Source of the DNA: Actinomycetota bacterium
GTDB lineage: Bacteria > Actinomycetota > Thermoleophilia > Gaiellales > F1-60-MAGs149
Assembly (NCBI GenBank): GCA_016870485.1
Contig: VGBM01000001.1
Coordinates: 97,786-161,785, forward strand
DNA: 64,000 nucleotides
Direction: 5' to 3'
Shown in pieces: positions 9,869 through 21,184 of this stretch. Position 1 is the first letter of the stretch; each line of letters starts with the position of its first letter. Both the position numbers and the translations under genes were made by a program. The notes beneath the pieces were generated by a model. The model was not told where the DNA came from. It worked only from the letters and a program-made list of their open reading frames with translations, and did not search any database.

Positions 9869-10108
9869 TCAGGCGTCGAGCAGCGCGGCGAGCTCGCCCG
9901 CGGTGACCGCATAGCGCGCCACCTCGACGCCGTCCAGGAGGACGACCGGGATCGCCGCCCGGTGGCGCAGCTCGAGCTCGAGGTCCCCGTCGATGTCGAT
10001 CACCTGCAGATCGACGTCGGCGCGGCCGCGGACGGCGTCGCGGGCCGCCTCGACGGCCGCCGGGCAAAGCGTGCAGCCCGCCGCCACCATCAGCTCGAGG
10101 CGCCTCAT
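9869..10108 (-). CDS. glutaredoxin-like (thioredoxin-fold) small protein
   Basis: 79-aa ORF with the CTLC (CxxC) motif near the N-terminus and IPVVLLDG later. Its start overlaps the tsaD stop by 4 nt. Confidence 0.65.
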   Translation of the reverse strand: MRRLELMVAAGCTLCPAAVEAARDAVRGRADVDLQVIDIDGDLELELRHRAAIPVVLLDGVEVARYAVTAGELAALLDA

Positions 10109-11076
10109 CCGAGCGGGCTGCGGGCGTGCGCGTCGAGGGACAGGAGGGCGGCCGGCTCGAGCGGGTCCAGCTCGAGCGCGGCGCGGGCGATCATGGCGGC
10201 GTTGTCCCCGCAGAGGGCGAGCGGTGCGGCCACGACGCGGGCCGGGAGGCCGGGGAGGGTGGCGCGCAGGCGCGCGTTGGCGGCGACGCCGCCGACCAGC
10301 CCGAGCGTGCCCCGGCCGGTGGCGGCGAGCCCGAGGGCGGCCCGCTCGACCAGGTGCCGCACGATCGCCTCCTGGTAGGCGGCGGCGAGGTCCGCCGGCG
10401 GCGCGGCGTCCGCGGCCACGGCCATGGCCAGGGCGGTCTTCAGCCCGGAGAACGAGAACGCGAGGTCGTCACGGCCCGCGAGCGGCGTGGTGAACGGGTG
10501 CACCTGCGGATCACCCCCGGCCGCGAGGGCCGCGAGCGCCGGCCCGCCGGGGTAGCCGAGCCCGAGCAGCCGCGCGCCCTTGTCGAAGGCCTCGCCGGCG
10601 GCGTCATCCTGGCTCCGCGCCACGGTGCGGATGCGCGGCCCGTCGACGTCGAGGAGCAGCGTGTGCCCGCCGGAGGCCAGCAGGACGAGGTGCGGGCCGG
10701 CCGGCGGGTCCTCGGCGAGCTGCAGGGACGCCACGTGCCCGTGCAGGTGGTCGACGGCCACGAGCGGCAGCCCGCGCCCCCAGGCGAGCCCCTTCGCGTA
10801 CCCGACCCCCACGAGGAGCGCCCCGATCAGGCCCGGTCCGGCGGTCACCGCGACCCGGGTCACGTCGGCGAGGGTCGCCCCCGCCTCCGCCAGCGCCGCA
10901 CGCACGGTCGGATCGACCAGCTCGAGGTGGCGGCGCGAGGCGATCTCGGGCACGACGCCCCCGAAGGCCACGTGGTCGGCCGACTGGGAGGCGACCACGC
11001 TGGCGCGCAGCGCGCCGTCGAGGCCCATCACGGCCGCGCAGGTCTCGTCGCAGGAGGTCTCGATTGCGAGGATCAT
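10105..11076 (-). CDS. tsaD: tRNA N6-adenosine threonylcarbamoyltransferase
   Basis: MILAIETSCDETCAAV...GGVVPEIASRRH...LLASGGHT. Start taken at ATG 11076 within track ORF 10105-11913. Confidence 0.92.
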   Translation of the reverse strand: MILAIETSCDETCAAVMGLDGALRASVVASQSADHVAFGGVVPEIASRRHLELVDPTVRAALAEAGATLADVTRVAVTAGPGLIGALLVGVGYAKGLAWGRGLPLVAVDHLHGHVASLQLAEDPPAGPHLVLLASGGHTLLLDVDGPRIRTVARSQDDAAGEAFDKGARLLGLGYPGGPALAALAAGGDPQVHPFTTPLAGRDDLAFSFSGLKTALAMAVAADAAPPADLAAAYQEAIVRHLVERAALGLAATGRGTLGLVGGVAANARLRATLPGLPARVVAAPLALCGDNAAMIARAALELDPLEPAALLSLDAHARSPLG

Positions 11077-11564
11077 CGGACCAGCGGCTCGTCGCCGGGC
11101 CCCTCGCCCCGCCACATCACGAGCGCGTCCTCGCGGTCGTCCGTGTAGTAGCCGCGGCGCATCCCGGACGGGCGGAAGCCCAGCTCCTCGTAGAGGCGGA
11201 TCGCGCCGTGGTTGGACACCCGCACCTCGAGCGTATGCCCGTGCGTGCCGTCCCGGTCCGTCTCGCGCAGCAGGGTCTCGAGCATCAGGCGCGCGACGCC
11301 GCGGCGCCGGTACGGCTCGTCGACGGCGACGTTCATGATGTGCCAGGCGTCCGTGTAGCGGGACACGATCAGGTAGCCGACCAGCGTCTTGCCCTCGAAC
11401 GCGCCGTAGCAGCGGCTGCCGGGCCGTGCGATCTCGCCCTGGAACATGGTCCGCGACCACGGCGTCTTGTACGACCGCCGCTCCACCGCCTCCACGGCCG
11501 GCAGGTCGCCGAGACCGAGCCGGCGCAGGGTGAAGGCGGGCTGGGCGACGGGCTCCGCGCTCAT
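11073..11564 (-). CDS. rimI: ribosomal-protein-alanine N-acetyltransferase
   Basis: 163-aa GNAT fold (NVAVDEPYRRRGVARLML) sitting between tsaB and tsaD, with 4-nt overlaps on both sides. Confidence 0.85.
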   Translation of the reverse strand: MSAEPVAQPAFTLRRLGLGDLPAVEAVERRSYKTPWSRTMFQGEIARPGSRCYGAFEGKTLVGYLIVSRYTDAWHIMNVAVDEPYRRRGVARLMLETLLRETDRDGTHGHTLEVRVSNHGAIRLYEELGFRPSGMRRGYYTDDREDALVMWRGEGPGDEPLVR

Positions 11565-12178
11565 CGGGCCTCCGCGGGGATGGCGTCGGGCTCCCGCAGG
11601 TAGCGCGGCACGGGCGGCAGGGGCGCCCGCTCGGCGAGCGCGAGGAGCGCGGCGGGCTGCGGCGCGTGGCGCGGATCGTCGTCAGGCGGTACCTCCACCC
11701 CGGCCGCCTCGAGCACGGCCCGGTGGCGCACCGCCCCGTCGCCGACGGCGACGGTCCCCGGGGCAAGTCGGCCGGCCAGCATCGCCGGAGCGAGTACCTT
11801 CTCGCCGTCGAGCCCGGTCCCGGCCGCGAAGACCTCGCCGCGGCGGGCGTCGACCACGGCCACGGCCCCGGCTCCCGCGCCCTCGCGCAGGGCAGCGAGC
11901 GTGGACACCCCAATCACCACCGCGCCCGTGGCGGCCGCGAGGCCGCGCGCGGTAGCGATGCCGATCCTCAGCGCCGTGAACGACCCCGGGCCGCAGCCGA
12001 CGGCGATCCGCCCGATCGCCGCGGGCTCCGACCCGACCTCCCGCAGCGCCTGATCGGCGAGGACGAGCGCCGACTGCGCGGCGAGCGCGACGTCGGCCGT
12101 GCGCGAGGCCAAGCGGCCGTCGGCGCAGGCACCGACGGCGGCGCGGGTGGTGGCGGTGTCGAGGGCGAGCGCGACCAC
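11561..12178 (-). CDS. tsaB: tRNA threonylcarbamoyladenosine biosynthesis protein TsaB
   Basis: MVALALDTATTRAAVGA...GPGSFTALRIGIATARGLA, the YeaZ family pattern. Confidence 0.85.
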   Translation of the reverse strand: MVALALDTATTRAAVGACADGRLASRTADVALAAQSALVLADQALREVGSEPAAIGRIAVGCGPGSFTALRIGIATARGLAAATGAVVIGVSTLAALREGAGAGAVAVVDARRGEVFAAGTGLDGEKVLAPAMLAGRLAPGTVAVGDGAVRHRAVLEAAGVEVPPDDDPRHAPQPAALLALAERAPLPPVPRYLREPDAIPAEAR

Positions 12179-12184
12179 GCGGGG

Positions 12185-12190
12185 ATCCTA
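12185..12190 (-). promoter_or_regulatory. -10-like hexamer TAGGAT, 6 nt before GTG 12178 (internal leaderless-type promoter for tsaB)
   Basis: Minus strand reads TAG(GAT)-ccccgc-GTG. The hexamer incorporates the tsaE stop codon. Confidence 0.4.
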
Positions 12191-12622
12191 GAGGGATGCG
12201 GGCGCGGGGTCGCCATCGACCGCGAACCGGCGGGCCCCGTCGAGCTCGAGGTCAATCAGCACGCGCCGGGTCGGCGGCGGCAGCCACGGCGCCCCGACCT
12301 CGGGCCACTCGACGAAGGCGAGGGCGTCGCCGGTCAGCTCGCCGAGCAGGTCGGCGGGGTCGCGCAGCGGCTGGTCCCGAAGGCGGTAGAGGTCGAGGTG
12401 CACGACCGGGATGCGCCCCGCGTAGCGGTGCGCGAGCGCGAACGTCGGGCTGGTCACGGGCTCGGCCACCCCGAGCGTCTCGCAGGCGGCCCGCACGAGG
12501 GCGGTCTTGCCGGCCCCGAGCGGCCCCGACAGGTGGATGACGTCGCCGGGTCCGAGGCCCCGCAGGATGGTCTCCGCGATGGGCGTCAGATCACCGTCGA
12601 GCGGGACCGCGTAGAGCGACAC
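12188..12622 (-). CDS. tsaE: tRNA t6A biosynthesis ATPase TsaE
   Basis: LSGPLGAGKTALVRA Walker A motif plus SPTFALAHRY...HLDLYRL. Start proposed at GTG 12622; the rest of track ORF 12188-13546 is not protein-like. Confidence 0.8.
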   Translation of the reverse strand: MSLYAVPLDGDLTPIAETILRGLGPGDVIHLSGPLGAGKTALVRAACETLGVAEPVTSPTFALAHRYAGRIPVVHLDLYRLRDQPLRDPADLLGELTGDALAFVEWPEVGAPWLPPPTRRVLIDLELDGARRFAVDGDPAPASL

Positions 12623-12626
12623 GCCG

Positions 12627-12860
12627 TCAGTGGCCGCAGCCGCAGCCACCGCCGCAGCAGCCGCCGGAGCGCGCGGGCGCGCCGGCCAGCACCGGGGCCG
12701 CGGCACCGCCGCTGGCCCGCACGCGCTGGAAGCTCGAGAGCTGCCTCTCGACGCGGGTCGAGCCGCAGGACGGGCAGCGGACGCTGTCGGCGGTGCTGAG
12801 CGACACGAGCTCCTCGAAGTCGGCGGAGCAGCCGCGGCACACGTACTCGTAGATCGGCAT
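12627..12860 (-). CDS. FmdB-family zinc-ribbon protein
   Basis: MPIYEYVCRGCSADFEEL...RCPSCGS carries two CxxC pairs and a Cys/Gly-rich tail GGCCGGGCGCGH. ATG 12860 is preceded by TACCGT-N6; in-frame ATG 12866 is the alternative. Confidence 0.8.
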   Translation of the reverse strand: MPIYEYVCRGCSADFEELVSLSTADSVRCPSCGSTRVERQLSSFQRVRASGGAAAPVLAGAPARSGGCCGGGCGCGH

Positions 12861-12866
12861 GGCCAT

Positions 12867-12872
12867 ACGGTA
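12867..12872 (-). promoter_or_regulatory. -10-like hexamer TACCGT, 6 nt before ATG 12860
   Basis: Minus strand reads TACCGT-atggcc-ATG(MPIYEY). Confidence 0.4.
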
Positions 12873-12938
12873 GCGGCTCGGGCTGCAGGCGGTCCGGTAC
12901 GATGTGCGCTCGGACTCCATCCACCGCGAGGGGTACCA

Positions 12939-13688
12939 GTGAGGATCACCGTGATCGGTCCCGGACGGGCCGGGACGACCATCGACGAGGCGGCCCGCGC
13001 GGCGGGCCACGCGAGCCGGCTGACGCGCGATGCGGCGGTCGCCGACGGCGACGTGGTGATCCTGGCCGTCCCCGACGCCGCCGTGGCGGAGGTCGCCCGC
13101 GCCGTGCCGCTCGGACCGGCGCTCGGCACCCTTTCGGGCAGCGTCCCCCTCGCCGACCTCGGGCCCCGGGAGCGCGTCTTCTGCCTGCACCCGATGCAGA
13201 CGATCCAGCCGGGCGGCGGGCTGCAGCTCACGGGCTGCACCGCCGGGATCACAGCCTCCGACGCGGCGACCGCGGAGCTGGCGCGCGGGCTCGCCGCCGA
13301 CCTCGGGATGCACCCCGTCGACGTGCCGGAGGCGTCCCGGCCCCTCCCCCACCTCGCCTGCGTGTTCGCGTCGAACCTCGTGCTGCCCGCGCTCGCCGCG
13401 GCACTGCGCACGCTGGAGCTCGCGGGCCTCGAACATGACCGGGCCGCCCTGCTCGGGCCGCTCGCCCACCGCGCGCTCGACAATGCGCTGGCCGACGGGG
13501 CCCGGGTGCGCCCGACCGGCCCCGTGGCGCGCGGCGACGCCGGCACCCTCGCCGCCCACCGCGCAGTCCTCGCCGCCCGCGACCCCGACCTCGAGCGCGC
13601 CTACATCGCCCTGTCGTCTCTGCTCCTGCCCCTCGTCGACGCGCGCTCCGCGGACCGTGCGGCCGCTGCCCTCGAGGTGCCGGCGTGA
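12939..13688 (+). CDS. Rossmann-fold protein, DUF2520-like (candidate pantoate-pathway reductase)
   Basis: GTG 12939 preceded by GAGGGG. N-terminal ITVIGPGRAGTT dinucleotide motif. The stop overlaps the panC start. The DUF2520 assignment is from memory of actinobacterial panC neighbours. Confidence 0.65.
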   Translation: MRITVIGPGRAGTTIDEAARAAGHASRLTRDAAVADGDVVILAVPDAAVAEVARAVPLGPALGTLSGSVPLADLGPRERVFCLHPMQTIQPGGGLQLTGCTAGITASDAATAELARGLAADLGMHPVDVPEASRPLPHLACVFASNLVLPALAAALRTLELAGLEHDRAALLGPLAHRALDNALADGARVRPTGPVARGDAGTLAAHRAVLAARDPDLERAYIALSSLLLPLVDARSADRAAAALEVPA

Positions 13689-14539
13689 TCGTCGCCCAGA
13701 GCGCCGACGAGGTCCGCGCCGCCGTGGACGGGGCGGTCGCGTTCGTCCCGACCATGGGCGCCCTGCACGCCGGCCACGCCTCCCTGATCCGGCTCGCGGC
13801 CGGTTACGGCGGGCCGGTCGTCGTATCCGACTTCGTCAACCCGCGGCAGTTCGGACCGCGCGAGGACCTCGAGCGCTACCCGCGCGACCTCGAGGCGGAC
13901 GCCGCGATCGCCGCGGCCGCGGGCGCCGACGTGCTCTACGCACCCGACGTGGCGGAGGTCTACCCCGAGGGCTTCGCGACCACGGTCGACCCCGGTCCCC
14001 TCGCCGCGGACCTCTGCGGTCGCAGCCGCCCGGGGCACTTCGCCGGCGTGGCCACCGTGGTGGTGCGCCTGTACGGCCTCGTGCGTCCGACCCGGGCCGT
14101 CTTCGGCCGCAAGGACTACCAGCAGCTCGTCCTGATGCAGCGGGTCGCCCGCGACCTCGCCCTCGGCGTCGAGGTCATCCCCGCGGCCACCGTCCGGGAG
14201 GCCGACGGCCTCGCCCTGAGCTCGCGCAACCGCTACCTCGACCGGCCGGAGCGCGAGCGCGCCGCCCGCGTCCCAGGCGCCCTGCGCGCCGCGGCGGAGG
14301 CCTTCGCCGACGGCGAGCGCGACGCCGCCGCCCTGCTCGCCGCCCCCGACCTCGACGGCCTCGACCTCGAGTACCTGGAGCTGCGCGCCGACGACCTCGG
14401 GCCGCACGACCCGGAGCGCCGCGCCGTGCTCCTGATCGCCTGCCGCCTCGGCGCCACGCGCCTGATCGACAACGTCCTCCTCGACCCCGACCACCCCGAT
14501 CGCGCCGCGCTCGAGCTCGCGGCGAAGGAGCCAGCATGA
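13685..14539 (+). CDS. panC: pantoate--beta-alanine ligase
   Basis: VPTMGALHAGHASLI (HIGH-type motif), FVNPRQFGPREDL, GHFAGVATVV. Confidence 0.93.
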   Translation: MIVAQSADEVRAAVDGAVAFVPTMGALHAGHASLIRLAAGYGGPVVVSDFVNPRQFGPREDLERYPRDLEADAAIAAAAGADVLYAPDVAEVYPEGFATTVDPGPLAADLCGRSRPGHFAGVATVVVRLYGLVRPTRAVFGRKDYQQLVLMQRVARDLALGVEVIPAATVREADGLALSSRNRYLDRPERERAARVPGALRAAAEAFADGERDAAALLAAPDLDGLDLEYLELRADDLGPHDPERRAVLLIACRLGATRLIDNVLLDPDHPDRAALELAAKEPA

Positions 14540-15444
14540 GCACGCGCCCCCGCCGCCCCGCGCCCGCCACGCCCGCCCCGGGCAAGGTCGCCCTGCCCGA
14601 CCTCGCCGGCCAGAAAGCCGAAGGCGTCCCGATCGCCATGGTCACCGCCTACGACGCCCCGAGCGGCCAGGCCGCGGCCGAGGCCGGCGTCGACATCATC
14701 CTCGTCGGCGACAGCGCCGCGATGACCGTGCTCGGCTACGACTCCACGATGCCGATCACGCTCGACGAGATGCTGGTCCTGACCGCCGCCGCGACGCGCG
14801 GGGCGAGCAGCGCCGACCGCGCACCCCTGGTGATCGCCGACATGCCGTTCCTCAGCTTCCAGCCGTCGGATCGCGACGCCATCCTCGCCGCCGGCCGCTT
14901 CGTCAAGGAGGCGGGAGCCGACGCCGTCAAGGTCGAGGGCGCGGGCCCGACGCTCGAGCGGATTCGCGCCGTCACCGGCGCGGGCATCCCGGTCATGGGC
15001 CACCTCGGCCTGACGCCCCAGAGCGCCACCCAGCTCGGCGGCTTCAAGGCCCAGGGCCGGACCGCGGACGCCGCCCTCCAGCTCGTCGAGGACGCCCTGC
15101 TCGTGCAGGAGGCGGGCGCCTTCGCACTTGTGCTCGAGTGCGTGCCCGCGGAGATCGCCGGTGCGATCACGGAGCGCCTGCGCATCCCCACGATCGGCAT
15201 CGGCGCGGGCAATCGCACCGACGGCCAGGTCCTCGTCTGGCACGACCTGCTCGGGCTCGGCGCCGGCTCGAGTCCGCGCTTCGTCGAGCGCTACGCCGAC
15301 CTCCACCGAGCGAGCGTCGACGCGCTCGGCCGCTACGTGGCCGACGTGCGCAGCCGCGCCTTCCCGGAGGAGCGCCACACCTACGCGATCGCCGACGAGG
15401 AGCTGGCCGCCTTCCAGGCGGGGCTCGCCGCGGCGGCGCTCTGA
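14536..15444 (+). CDS. panB: 3-methyl-2-oxobutanoate hydroxymethyltransferase
   Basis: ATGA overlap with panC. IAMVTAYDAPSG...ILVGDSAAMTVLGYDST...VKVEG...GHLGLTPQS. Confidence 0.93.
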   Translation: MSTRPRRPAPATPAPGKVALPDLAGQKAEGVPIAMVTAYDAPSGQAAAEAGVDIILVGDSAAMTVLGYDSTMPITLDEMLVLTAAATRGASSADRAPLVIADMPFLSFQPSDRDAILAAGRFVKEAGADAVKVEGAGPTLERIRAVTGAGIPVMGHLGLTPQSATQLGGFKAQGRTADAALQLVEDALLVQEAGAFALVLECVPAEIAGAITERLRIPTIGIGAGNRTDGQVLVWHDLLGLGAGSSPRFVERYADLHRASVDALGRYVADVRSRAFPEERHTYAIADEELAAFQAGLAAAAL

Positions 15445-15449
15445 CCCGC

Positions 15450-15455
15450 TAGGCT
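15450..15455 (+). promoter_or_regulatory. -10-like hexamer TAGGCT, 6 nt before ATG 15462 (gloA)
   Basis: TAGGCT-ggccgc-ATG with no SD. Confidence 0.4.
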
Positions 15456-15461
15456 GGCCGC

Positions 15462-15848
15462 ATGCGCTACGCCCACGTCTGCTACCGCGTCTTCGACCTC
15501 GACCGGGCGATCGAGTTCTACTGCGGCGCCCTCGGATTCCTGGAGCTGAAGCGGTTCCCGATCCGCGAGGAGGCGATCAACGTCTTCGTCGCCCCGGCCG
15601 GCTCCGAGGACACGCCGCTCGAGCTCACGTACAACTTCGACCGCGACGCGCCGTACGAGATCGGCACCGGCTACGGGCACATCGCGCTCAACGTCGAGGA
15701 CCTCGACGGCACGCTCGCGCGGCTCGCCGCGATCGGCATCGAGCCCGAGCGCCCGCCGTACCAGGTGCGCGAGGGCGGCTCGCGGCTCTGCTTCGTTCGG
15801 GACCCCGACGGGTACCGCATCGAGCTGGTCGAGAAGCCCGCCGCCTGA
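15462..15848 (+). CDS. gloA: lactoylglutathione lyase (glyoxalase I, VOC fold)
   Basis: 128 aa: HVCYRVFDLDRAIEFY...LELTYNFD...GYGHIALNVEDLD...FVRDPDGYRIELVEK. Confidence 0.85.
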   Translation: MRYAHVCYRVFDLDRAIEFYCGALGFLELKRFPIREEAINVFVAPAGSEDTPLELTYNFDRDAPYEIGTGYGHIALNVEDLDGTLARLAAIGIEPERPPYQVREGGSRLCFVRDPDGYRIELVEKPAA

Positions 15849-15849
15849 C

Positions 15850-16794
15850 GTGGCCGCCCGCGCGCCCGGGGTCGTCCTTGTCCTCCTCGAGCAGTGGACG
15901 CTGGTGGACGGGCGCGACATGGAGGCGCTCATCCAGATGGCCGTCGACGCGGAGGCCGCCGGCGTCGAGACGGTGATGCTCTCGGAGCACGTGCTCCTGA
16001 CGCCGAAGGCGGGCGCCGCGGGTCGCATGGCGAACCCCCGCGAGTACGCCGCTCCCGGCAACCAAGACCCGTTTACGCCGTGGCCGGACTCGCTCGCCCT
16101 GGCGGCCGCGATCGCGGCGCGCACGAGCCGCATCCGGATCGCCCTCAGCGCGCTGATCCTGCCCCTGCGCCATCCGCTGGTCGCGGCGACGCAGCTCGCG
16201 ACCCTCGATCTGATCGCGGGCGGGCGCCTGATCGCGCAGCCAACCGTGTCGTGGCTTGACGAGGAGTACGCCGCCCTGGGCGTGCCGTTCAACCGCCGTG
16301 GTCGCATCCTCGACGAGCAGCTCGAGATCCTGAAGCTGGTCTGGCGGGAGAGCCCCGCCACGTACCGGGGCGAGTTCCACGCCTTCGAGGACGTCTACGT
16401 GGAGCCGAAGTGCGTGCGGCCGGAGGGGCCGTGGATGTGGTTCGGGGGCCAGCACGTCCACGGGCCGATCCTGCGCCGCCTCGTGGCGCACGGCCACGGC
16501 TTCCACCCGTTCGGCACGCCCACCCCGGATGATCTGGCGGCGATCCGCTGCGCGATGGAGGCCGCCGGCCGCGACCCCGCATCGATCGAGATGATCGGCG
16601 GCATCCGGCCGCGCTTCCCGTCGGACGACGCCCCCGGCGACCTCGACGAGGCGATGGCGGCGATTCCCGGCAAGCTCGCCGAGGGCTACACGTCGATCTG
16701 CTTCAAGCCGTCCCAGTACACGGACGACGTCGCCGAGGTGCCGGACCTCTGCCGGCGCATGGTCGCCGCGGTCGACGCCGCCGCGTCCGCCTAG
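15850..16794 (+). CDS. LLM-class (luciferase-like) flavin/F420-dependent oxidoreductase
   Basis: 314-aa ORF with a GTG start 2 nt after the gloA stop. Luciferase-like TIM-barrel pattern (AEAAGVETVMLSEHVLL, LATLDLIAGGRL, GGQHVHGPILRRL). Confidence 0.7.
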   Translation: MAARAPGVVLVLLEQWTLVDGRDMEALIQMAVDAEAAGVETVMLSEHVLLTPKAGAAGRMANPREYAAPGNQDPFTPWPDSLALAAAIAARTSRIRIALSALILPLRHPLVAATQLATLDLIAGGRLIAQPTVSWLDEEYAALGVPFNRRGRILDEQLEILKLVWRESPATYRGEFHAFEDVYVEPKCVRPEGPWMWFGGQHVHGPILRRLVAHGHGFHPFGTPTPDDLAAIRCAMEAAGRDPASIEMIGGIRPRFPSDDAPGDLDEAMAAIPGKLAEGYTSICFKPSQYTDDVAEVPDLCRRMVAAVDAAASA

Positions 16795-17165
16795 GCGGAC
16801 GGGCCGCCGCGCAGGTCCTCGCGGAAGCCGTGCACCGGGCGTCCGAGCGCGCGCCACTGAAAGATCGAGATCGCGGGCAGCGAGTCCTCGTAGGCCACGA
16901 TGCGCGCGTTGCGGCCGATCTTCTGGCACTGGGCGGCGATCTCGAGCAGGTCGTCGCGGGTCGGCGCGACGAGCACGAGGTGGGCGCCCGTCACGTACTC
17001 GAAGACGGCGCCGCAGGCCGGGCACGGCCAGGGGTCGGTGCGGATCGCGTACCACTCGCCGTCGGAGGTGTCGACGCCCTCGAAGGACTCGATCTCCTCC
17101 TCGGTCCAGACGACCTGATCCGTCTCGGTCGTGGTCGGGACGCTGGTCTGCAGCCGCGGGTCCAT
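16791..17165 (-). CDS. hypothetical protein (124 aa) directly downstream of uvrA
   Basis: Protein-like composition with an acidic N-terminus and a CPAC motif (DPWPCPACGAVFEYV). No family recognised. 16-nt gap after the uvrA stop. Confidence 0.55.
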   Translation of the reverse strand: MDPRLQTSVPTTTETDQVVWTEEEIESFEGVDTSDGEWYAIRTDPWPCPACGAVFEYVTGAHLVLVAPTRDDLLEIAAQCQKIGRNARIVAYEDSLPAISIFQWRALGRPVHGFREDLRGGPSA

Positions 17166-17181
17166 GCGGGCAGCGTACCCG

Positions 17182-20019
<2,838 letters not shown>

Positions 20020-20025
20020 CCGACC

Positions 20026-20031
20026 AGCCTA
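20026..20031 (-). promoter_or_regulatory. -10-like hexamer TAGGCT, 6 nt before ATG 20019 (uvrA)
   Basis: Minus strand reads TAGGCT-ggtcgg-ATG with no SD. Confidence 0.4.
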
Positions 20032-20056
20032 ATCGCACGGACGGCGCCCGCGGCGG

Positions 20057-20719
20057 TCAGGAGGCCAGGCGGAAGGGCGGGTACCGGTCCGTGGTCAGGA
20101 GCAGCGCGTAGCAGTAGACGCGCGCCGACCAGCGCAGGTAACCGACCACAAAGTCGTGGATGCCGCGCGGGCAGCGGCCGCTAAGGACGATCGCGAACCA
20201 GGCGATGATCACGGCCACGACGACGCCGATCGAGAGGATGACCAGCACGATGTAGTGCGGGATCGCAAGCAGCCACTTGACCAGCGGCAGGCCGCGCGAC
20301 AGCGCCGTCTTGGCGTCGGGGTACGGGACCCGCAGGTCGAGCGCCTGGCGGTCCTCAGTCGACGGGTACTCGTCGCGCAGGAGCAGCAGGTAGACGCTGA
20401 TCCGGTTGACGAGCGCGAGCAGTTGCACGTTGAAGTCGAACCACCAGCGCGGGTAGCGGTGGCGGAACAGGAGCAGGAGCAGCGTGGGCAGAAACAGGAA
20501 GCCCCCGAGGAGGGCGCCGCCGTTCGGCGTGTCGACGGAGACCGACGTCCCCTGGAAGAGCGCGAGCAGCAGCACGACGGGGACGGCGAGCACCACCCGG
20601 AACAGCACCGTGACCCGGTTGCGCGGCTCCGTCGGGTACTGGACGTCGAGGTCGACCGGGTAGGGCGCGGGGCCACTCGGGGCCGCCGGCGCCGCGGGGG
20701 AAGCGGGTGGTGTGCTCAT
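20057..20719 (-). CDS. integral membrane protein, DUF4389-like
   Basis: 220 aa with several TM segments and a C-terminal TDRYPPFRL. The family name is from memory. Confidence 0.65.
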   Translation of the reverse strand: MSTPPASPAAPAAPSGPAPYPVDLDVQYPTEPRNRVTVLFRVVLAVPVVLLLALFQGTSVSVDTPNGGALLGGFLFLPTLLLLLFRHRYPRWWFDFNVQLLALVNRISVYLLLLRDEYPSTEDRQALDLRVPYPDAKTALSRGLPLVKWLLAIPHYIVLVILSIGVVVAVIIAWFAIVLSGRCPRGIHDFVVGYLRWSARVYCYALLLTTDRYPPFRLAS

Positions 20720-20725
20720 CTCTCA

Positions 20726-20731
20726 ACCGTA
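20726..20731 (-). promoter_or_regulatory. -10-like hexamer TACGGT, 6 nt before ATG 20719
   Basis: Minus strand reads TACGGT-tgagag-ATG. Confidence 0.35.
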
Positions 20732-20797
20732 CCACCGCGGCACCGCGTCTCCCGGGGCGCCGGGCTACGCTACGGCGGACCCCGACAGGAGGAACCC

Positions 20798-21184
20798 GTG
20801 AAGCAGGAGAAGCTGCATCCCGAGGGCGCGCCGCCGCCCAGCGCCCCGTACACGCCCGTGATCAAGGTCGGCGAGACCGTCTGGACCTCCGGCCAGGCGC
20901 CGTTCGGCGCCGACGGCGCGATCCACGGCGCGAACGTGGCCGAGCAGACCGAGGTCGTGTTCGACAACCTCGAGGCCGCCCTCAAGGCCGCCGGCGCCAC
21001 GCTGGCCGACGTGGTCAAGGTGACCGCGCACCTGCAGGACCTCCACGGCGACTTCGACGCCTACAACGAGGTCTACGCGCGCCGCTTCGGCAGCCACCGC
21101 CCGTGCCGCACCACCGTCGGCTCCACGCTCGGCGGGTTCCTCGTGGAGATCGACTGCGTGGCCGCCGTCGGGTCCGGGGCGTAG
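20798..21184 (+). CDS. RidA (YjgF/UK114) family protein, copy 1
   Basis: GTG 20798 preceded by AGGAGG. 128 aa with GQAPF..., VKVTAHLQDL, YNEVYARRFG..RPCRTTVGSTL...VEID. Possible -10 TACGCT at 20766-20771. Confidence 0.85.
   Translation: MKQEKLHPEGAPPPSAPYTPVIKVGETVWTSGQAPFGADGAIHGANVAEQTEVVFDNLEAALKAAGATLADVVKVTAHLQDLHGDFDAYNEVYARRFGSHRPCRTTVGSTLGGFLVEIDCVAAVGSGA

Noticed and set aside
12182-12190. Recurring 9-mer GGATCCTAG / CTAGGATCC (12182, 29663, 57912; variant at 33412) as a possible repeat element.
   Set aside because: It is explained by the TAGGAT -10-like hexamer, in two cases fused to a TAG stop codon. The flanks are not similar, so it is a promoter motif and not a mobile or structural repeat.
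12627-12680. Cys/Gly-rich C-terminal tail GGCCGGGCGCGH of the FmdB-like protein as a novel metal-binding peptide.
   Set aside because: From memory, similar Cys-Gly tails are common in this zinc-ribbon family in high-GC bacteria, so it is not distinctive on its own.
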